Part shown: positions 27,795 through 32,000 of the stretch, piece by piece | Numbering within the stretch: position 1 is the first letter of the stretch | Layout of the letters: each line of letters begins with the position of its first letter | NCBI GenBank assembly: GCA_963676105.1 | Contig: OY781039.1 | Coordinates: 1,140,001 to 1,172,000, forward strand | Length of the DNA: 32,000 nt | From: Erysipelotrichaceae bacterium | Lineage (GTDB): Bacteria > Bacillota_I > Bacilli_A > Erysipelotrichales > Erysipelotrichaceae | Direction of reading: 5' to 3' | Notes under the pieces: model-generated | The model's input: the letters and a program-made list of their open reading frames with translations, nothing else | Database searches by the model: none | Told to the model about the DNA's origin: nothing | Program-made: the position numbers and the translations under genes

Positions 27795-28397
27795 TTACCA
27801 AAATCCAATTGCTGGATTTGGAAAAGCGCCATTCCAATCAATTCCTAAATAAAGACCTTGCCTTCTTACTGAAGATTGTATTACATAATAAACTATTGTA
27901 CCAGCGCCTACTAACCCAACAAGCATACCAAGTGCAGTCCCGACACCTGGGTAAACACTTCCCAAAGCTGTTAATGCCGCAGTTATAGCTGCTGGGCCAA
28001 TTTCTGCTGCAGCAAATAATGTCATCATCACTTCAGAATATGTTAAGTAAACCTTCCAATCCGAAATAAAAACTCTTGTATTTAACATTTTTCCACTACT
28101 ATAAATATTACTCAAAAAAATAATATTGTTTAATCTATTACCAAAATCTGTTGAAAATCCATATGTTTCAATAATATATTCAATGGATTCAGATAAAACT
28201 AGTTTACCTTCATGATCGAAAGTAAAATACTGATAAATTTCTGATAAATTATTTAAAAAAATTTGATCAGTTATACTTATCACGTCAGAGTAACTGCTCA
28301 CAACATATTCTTCCATCTCTACGTTAGTAGAAGCATTAACAGGACTAGCTAAACTAATAAAAAACAATAATACAAATAAACTTTTTAAAACTTTCAT
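27795..28397 (-). CDS. Secreted protein with a Gly/Ala-rich hydrophobic C-terminal region (module 1 cargo)
   Basis: The track ORF starts at TTG 28412, but ATG 28397 follows the AAAGGAAG RBS. Signal peptide MKVLKSLFVLLFFISLASPVNA|ST. The C-terminus ...AAEIGPAAITAALTALGSVYPGVGTALGMLVGLVGAGTIVYYV... forms two small-xxx-small-rich helices. Confidence 0.6.
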   Translation of the reverse strand: MKVLKSLFVLLFFISLASPVNASTNVEMEEYVVSSYSDVISITDQIFLNNLSEIYQYFTFDHEGKLVLSESIEYIIETYGFSTDFGNRLNNIIFLSNIYSSGKMLNTRVFISDWKVYLTYSEVMMTLFAAAEIGPAAITAALTALGSVYPGVGTALGMLVGLVGAGTIVYYVIQSSVRRQGLYLGIDWNGAFPNPAIGFW

Positions 28398-28442
28398 AAA
28401 TCTTCCTTTCAACTTAAAATCTTAAATTAAAAATATTTATAA

Positions 28443-28508
28443 CTAAACTCTTGGAATCTTATAATCAAATAACGATATAAGCCATAATAGTAAATCTAAA
28501 TCACCCAT
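28443..28508 (-). CDS. 21-codon ORF MGDLDLLLWLISLFDYKIPRV (candidate signalling pro-peptide), copy 1
   Basis: Below the ORF-track length cutoff. It has a strong SD AAGGGAGGA 8 nt upstream of the ATG. It is divergent from the XRE/TPR regulator and upstream of the secreted-protein gene. Copy 2 differs by two nucleotides in one codon (CTT vs TTA), both encoding Leu. Confidence 0.5.
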   Translation of the reverse strand: MGDLDLLLWLISLFDYKIPRV

Positions 28509-28545
28509 TTTTTTATTCCTCCCTTAGAATAATTATAATTTAAAT

Positions 28546-28555
28546 AATCATGATT
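28546..28555. promoter_or_regulatory. Palindromic box AATCATGATT in the divergent promoter region
   Basis: A perfect 10-bp palindrome 8 nt upstream (minus sense) of a TATAAT hexamer (28532-28537) that precedes the small ORF. Conserved in copy 2 (31280-31289). Confidence 0.35.
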
Positions 28556-28582
28556 CTTGTCTATTCTTTTTTTTGATTTTAA

Positions 28583-29854
28583 ATGTTAAAGAGTCTATTA
28601 TTAGATATCATGAGCGACAAATATAAAAACAATGGCTTTAACATTACAAAATTAATCATTGATCAAAGAAAACAGCTTAAATTATCTTTAAGAGAACTTT
28701 CTCAACTAACTAAATATAGTTATCAAACATTATCTAAATATGAAACAGGTGGTATTGAATTAAATAAGAACAATCGAGTAGTTCTATTTGAACACCTACA
28801 CATAAATGCAGATGACGTTGATTATTTATCCAATGACTTTAAACAAGATTTAGACTTACTGTTTGAATCGATTGTATATGACGAACAAGCTGAAATAAGT
28901 TCACTTTTCTCCAGAATTAAGAAAGCTGAAGAATATTTAGATTACACTAAATTTAGAGAAGAGTTTATTACGCTAAAAATCATTGTATCAATCATCAATA
29001 ATGAATCTATATCACAGGAAATGTTGAATGAATCACAATTCAATTCTTTTAAGCTATCTCTTCAACAATGGATCTATGATTATATCGCTATTTATTACCT
29101 CAAAAACAATGATCTTATTAGGGCTGTAAAATATATTGATAAAGCGATATCTCTTGGGGTTCATGAATCAAATGTTGGACTTGTCAATTACCATGCAGGA
29201 ATCATCTATTCTGTCTATGGACAACTTTTAAAAGCTAGACACTATTTAGAAACAGCAGAAACTCACTTCATAAAACAAAGAAACAATATAAGACTTATTA
29301 ATCTTCAAATACAACTAACAACGGTTGAATCAAAACTAGGACAAGTCAATAAAGCACGAGCATCTTATCTTAGACTGTTAAAAGACATCGAAAAAATTAA
29401 TGATCACTATTCATTAAATGTTGTGTATCATAATCTATCCTGGTTGGAATATCGCCAAGAAAACTTTCAAGTTTCATTAGACTATCTAGATAAACTTGAG
29501 AAATCTCAAACATTAGACGAAAATGATCTCATCACCAAAATGTTATGTTTAACAGAACTTGAACAATTTGATGAATCTGATTCTATTTACAAAAACAACA
29601 CAATCTTGGATACAATGTATAAATTATATAGTGAGATTATTCACTTAGAAAATATCCATAAGATTGATAAAAACTATGAAGCGAAATGTATGGAACTTTA
29701 TCACATTATTAAAGATAAAAGAGACTTTGAAAATATTGAAATCGTTATCTTAAAACTACTAGATTACTACGAAAAGAAGCGTTTATATAAGAAAGCCTAT
29801 GAACTCACCAAAGAACTTTATAGTTACATAGATTGGGTGTATCAACTCGATTAA
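28583..29854 (+). CDS. XRE-type HTH + TPR-like transcriptional regulator (RNPP/Rgg-like architecture), copy 1
   Basis: 423 aa. N-terminal HTH ...LSLRELSQLTKYSYQTLSKYETG... and a C-terminal ~330 aa with repeated helical TPR-like units (…YYLKNNDLIRAVKYIDKAISLG…GIIYSVYGQLLKARHYLETA…). The alternative start is ATG 28610. Confidence 0.7.
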   Translation: MLKSLLLDIMSDKYKNNGFNITKLIIDQRKQLKLSLRELSQLTKYSYQTLSKYETGGIELNKNNRVVLFEHLHINADDVDYLSNDFKQDLDLLFESIVYDEQAEISSLFSRIKKAEEYLDYTKFREEFITLKIIVSIINNESISQEMLNESQFNSFKLSLQQWIYDYIAIYYLKNNDLIRAVKYIDKAISLGVHESNVGLVNYHAGIIYSVYGQLLKARHYLETAETHFIKQRNNIRLINLQIQLTTVESKLGQVNKARASYLRLLKDIEKINDHYSLNVVYHNLSWLEYRQENFQVSLDYLDKLEKSQTLDENDLITKMLCLTELEQFDESDSIYKNNTILDTMYKLYSEIIHLENIHKIDKNYEAKCMELYHIIKDKRDFENIEIVILKLLDYYEKKRLYKKAYELTKELYSYIDWVYQLD

Positions 29855-29911
29855 TTTATGAACATCTTTTAAATTGATTTTTTCTTCTTTAAATTAAACA
29901 GTAGAAACAAA

Positions 29912-29935
29912 AGAGGTTCTCAATTGAGAACCTCT
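29912..29935 (-). terminator. Junction terminator D (also positioned to terminate the + strand regulator gene)
   Basis: Same AGAGGTTCTC-AATT-GAGAACCTCT hairpin as terminator C. The minus strand continues TTTTGTTTCTACTGTTT. Confidence 0.75.
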
Positions 29936-29947
29936 AATTTGTCTACA

Positions 29948-29967
29948 TGGTGCGCGTGACAGGATTC
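29948..29967 (-). repeat. tRNA-3'-end mimic D (intact core, different arm)
   Basis: TGGTGCGCGTGACAGGA is identical to copy C, and the ~60 bp to its left (including the terminator) is identical to C apart from one base. The sequence to its right is unrelated to the A-C arm. Confidence 0.75.
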
Positions 29968-30158
29968 AACATTTTACCTGTATATGATCAACATAGACTG
30001 CTATAAACGGCTTAATCCTATCTTTTATGCACCTTAAATATACTTGATTGACATAGAATTACATCAGAGTTCTGCTAGGAGGGGAAATTTAGGTGGAATC
30101 GTAATTTTATTCATATGTAATAATGCATTCTCATGTTTATCTCAAACAATCCATTATC

Positions 30159-30437
30159 TTACTTATTAATTGAATCCTTTAACTCATATAACGTAGCTTT
30201 TTTTGTCGGTCTTCTATTAAAAATAGCTAAGTGAATAAGTAAGATTACAAAAAGTATAAACTGATTTAACCAATTCATCGATAACCAAAACCACCCACCA
30301 TTAATAGCCACAACACTTGCGTTTGTATTATCAACATATTTGGCTAGATTATAGAATAGCGAAATTGAGTTAACAAAAGTTATTACACTTAAAATAAGCA
30401 ATATTAAATCAACATCTTTAAAAAATCTCTTTACCAT
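30159..30437 (-). CDS. Small membrane protein (candidate immunity/partner protein, module 2)
   Basis: 92 aa with 2-3 hydrophobic segments. Lies 10 nt downstream of the module-2 secreted-protein gene and is unrelated in sequence to the 111-aa module-1 protein. Confidence 0.5.
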   Translation of the reverse strand: MVKRFFKDVDLILLILSVITFVNSISLFYNLAKYVDNTNASVVAINGGWFWLSMNWLNQFILFVILLIHLAIFNRRPTKKATLYELKDSINK

Positions 30438-30447
30438 ATAATTCCTT

Positions 30448-31131
30448 TCAGTACCTTAAATGTGGATTACACAAACTAGATAATACTCCAAGATACCCCA
30501 CATTGGGCACCCATCTTTCTAAATCCCATACTTTCTCAACTACGAGTTGTTTGTGGCACATATATTGATCATATAAACTACCATTGTCAATTTGAATCCC
30601 AATATAAATCGTCTTCAATTCACTCCATGCTAAATTTGCTGCAAAATCAAGCACTCTAACTGATAGTTTAGGATCCAAACTATATGTCCAATAGTTATTT
30701 CTTAAATGATATATATGCGAATAGAAATATTCATTTACAGTGCTTAAAGAAAATGTACTAAATACGTAAACATTTGAACTCGACACACTTACATTCTGTG
30801 ATACTTCATCTAGTAAATCTTTCAAAGCTTCACTCTGTTCAAATTTATTATCTGACTGATTATAAATATATGATTCTAATCTTGAATTAACATCTTGTAT
30901 CCATTTCTCGTTTTGAATAACAAAATCGCTAAGATCCTCTAATTTTAAGTTCTCTATTAAAACCATATCAGTGATTAATTGATCTCTATATTGAAATGTT
31001 TCATTATTTTCTTCTAAGATTGACTCTTCTTCCTTTGTATATAAATCTGGCATCAAAACTGTGCTCGCATTCACAGGACTAGCTAAACTAATAAAAAACA
31101 ATAATACAAATAAACTTTTTAAAACTTTCAT
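30448..31131 (-). CDS. Secreted protein, module 2 cargo (same signal peptide, unrelated mature domain)
   Basis: ATG 31131 follows the same RBS as copy 1, and the signal peptide is identical through ...SPVNA|ST. The mature part is unrelated to copy 1. The C-terminal ...YMCHKQLVVEKVWDLERWVP... loosely recalls the DUF2599-type CH...WxLE motif (low confidence, from memory). Confidence 0.6.
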   Translation of the reverse strand: MKVLKSLFVLLFFISLASPVNASTVLMPDLYTKEEESILEENNETFQYRDQLITDMVLIENLKLEDLSDFVIQNEKWIQDVNSRLESYIYNQSDNKFEQSEALKDLLDEVSQNVSVSSSNVYVFSTFSLSTVNEYFYSHIYHLRNNYWTYSLDPKLSVRVLDFAANLAWSELKTIYIGIQIDNGSLYDQYMCHKQLVVEKVWDLERWVPNVGYLGVLSSLCNPHLRY

Positions 31132-31176
31132 AAATCTTCCTTTCAACTTAAAATCTTAAATTAAAAATATTTATAA

Positions 31177-31242
31177 CTAAACTCTTGGAATCTTATAATC
31201 AAATAACGATATTAACCATAATAGTAAATCTAAATCACCCAT
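31177..31242 (-). CDS. 21-codon ORF MGDLDLLLWLISLFDYKIPRV, copy 2
   Basis: Same peptide as 28443-28508, with a synonymous Leu codon difference and the same SD. Confidence 0.5.
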   Translation of the reverse strand: MGDLDLLLWLISLFDYKIPRV

Positions 31243-31316
31243 CTTTTTATTCCTCCCTTAGAATAATTATATTTTAAATAATCATGATTCTTGTCTATTC
31301 TTTTTTTTGATTTTAA

Positions 31317-32000
31317 ATGTTAAAGCGTATAATATTAGATAATATGAGCGACACTATATCAAATAATGGCTTTAACATTACAAAATTAATCATTGATCAA
31401 AGAAAACAGCTTAAATTATCTTTAAGAGAACTTTCTCAACTAACTAAATATAGTTATCAAACATTATCTAAATATGAAACAGGTGGTATTGAATTAAATA
31501 AGAACAATCGAGTAGTTCTATTTGAACACCTACACATAAATGCAGATGACGTTGATTATTTATCCAATGACTTTAAACAAGATTTAGACTTACTGTTTGA
31601 ATCGATTGTATATGACGAACAAGCTGAAATAAGTTCACTTTTCTCCAGAATTAAGAAAGCTGAAGAATATTTAGATTACACTAAATTTAGAGAAGAGTTT
31701 ATTACGCTAAAAATCATTGTATCAATCATCAATAATGAATCTATATCACAGGAAATGTTGAATGAATCACAATTCAATTCTTTTAAGCTATCTCTTCAAC
31801 AATGGATCTATGATTATATCGCTATTTATTACCTCAAAAACAATGATCTTATTAGGGCTGTAAAATATATTGATAAAGCGATATCTCTTGGGGTTCATGA
31901 ATCAAATGTTGGACTTGTCAATTACCATGCAGGAATCATCTATTCTGTCTATGGACAACTTTTAAAAGCTAGACACTATTTAGAAACAGCAGAAACTCAC
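31317..32000 (+). CDS. XRE-type HTH + TPR-like regulator, copy 2 (partial, runs off the right edge)
   Basis: Not in the ORF track. ATG 31317 gives MLKRIILDNMSDTISNNGFNITKLIIDQRKQLKLS... From 31365 to 32000 the DNA appears identical to 28631-29266. Confidence 0.7.
   Translation, partial: MLKRIILDNMSDTISNNGFNITKLIIDQRKQLKLSLRELSQLTKYSYQTLSKYETGGIELNKNNRVVLFEHLHINADDVDYLSNDFKQDLDLLFESIVYDEQAEISSLFSRIKKAEEYLDYTKFREEFITLKIIVSIINNESISQEMLNESQFNSFKLSLQQWIYDYIAIYYLKNNDLIRAVKYIDKAISLGVHESNVGLVNYHAGIIYSVYGQLLKARHYLETAETH

Larger units (their letters stand above)
28333..29266. repeat. Large direct duplication, copy 1 (regulator 5' part + divergent promoter + small ORF + signal peptide)
   Basis: Matches 31067-32000 at a constant offset of 2734. 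By eye there are about 4 substitutions in the 185-bp intergenic part, a ~12-substitution patch at 28592-28630, and none over the last 636 bp. The duplication is truncated by the window end. Confidence 0.85.
23878..29967 (-). mobile_element. Putative tandem array of small integrase-less cassettes/islets bounded by tRNA-3'-end-like direct repeats
   Basis: Four direct copies of the core at 23878, 26124, 27111 and 29948. See the findings. The mobile nature is inferred, not demonstrated. Confidence 0.4.
31067..32000. repeat. Large direct duplication, copy 2
   Basis: See copy 1 (28333-29266). Confidence 0.85.

Noticed and set aside
23878-29967. CRISPR array or integron attC array as an explanation for the repeated junctions.
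   Set aside because: The repeats are 180-225 bp and sit 1-2.9 kb apart with full genes between them, so this is not CRISPR. They lack the imperfect inverted-repeat R''-L''/L'-R' organisation of attC sites, and no intI-like gene is present. The analogy is architectural only.
29948-30025. Possible intact minus-strand tRNA gene at core D.
   Set aside because: The 5' partner of the acceptor strand (GCGCGTG) is absent. The putative T-loop is 13 nt, and no D or anticodon arm can be drawn. The same holds for copies A-C.

Overview
This is a low-GC (roughly 30%) Bacillota-like chromosomal segment. All family assignments come from motif recognition by eye; no searches were run.

Positions 1-22.6 kb are mostly metabolic. 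A minus-strand L-rhamnose/rhamnoside utilisation locus contains an esterase, an AraC-type response regulator, a sensor-less histidine kinase core, a degenerate ABC-ATPase-like protein, a sugar ABC transporter (binding protein, ATPase, permease), a rhamnosidase-like glycosidase, rhaB, and rhaA (partial at the window edge). It is followed by a ROK kinase, an MBL hydrolase, an enoate-reductase-like flavoenzyme plus MFS transporter divergent from a PadR regulator with a textbook ATGT-N8-ACAT dyad, a heavily decayed Cof/HAD pseudogene, a PHP phosphoesterase, and a yitJ-like homocysteine methyltransferase/MTHFR fusion.

Positions 22.7-32 kb are accessory. Four direct copies of a GC-rich tRNA-3'-end mimic (reverse complement ...CGATTCCTGTCACGCGCACCA) divide the region into 1-3 kb cassettes. 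Each copy is flanked by a terminator, and three of them by a conserved ~160-200 bp arm. The cassettes carry a Fic-like protein with a degenerate motif, a membrane-anchored protein plus an AAA/DUF4143-type ATPase, a RelE/RelB pair, and two copies of a module that looks like a peptide quorum-sensing unit.

Each module has an XRE-HTH/TPR regulator facing a strongly SD-preceded 21-codon ORF, a Sec-signal secreted protein and a small membrane protein. The two copies are about 99-100% identical from the regulator through the signal peptide and unrelated beyond the signal-peptide cleavage site.

No integrase, transposase, intact tRNA, rRNA or CRISPR array was found in the window.
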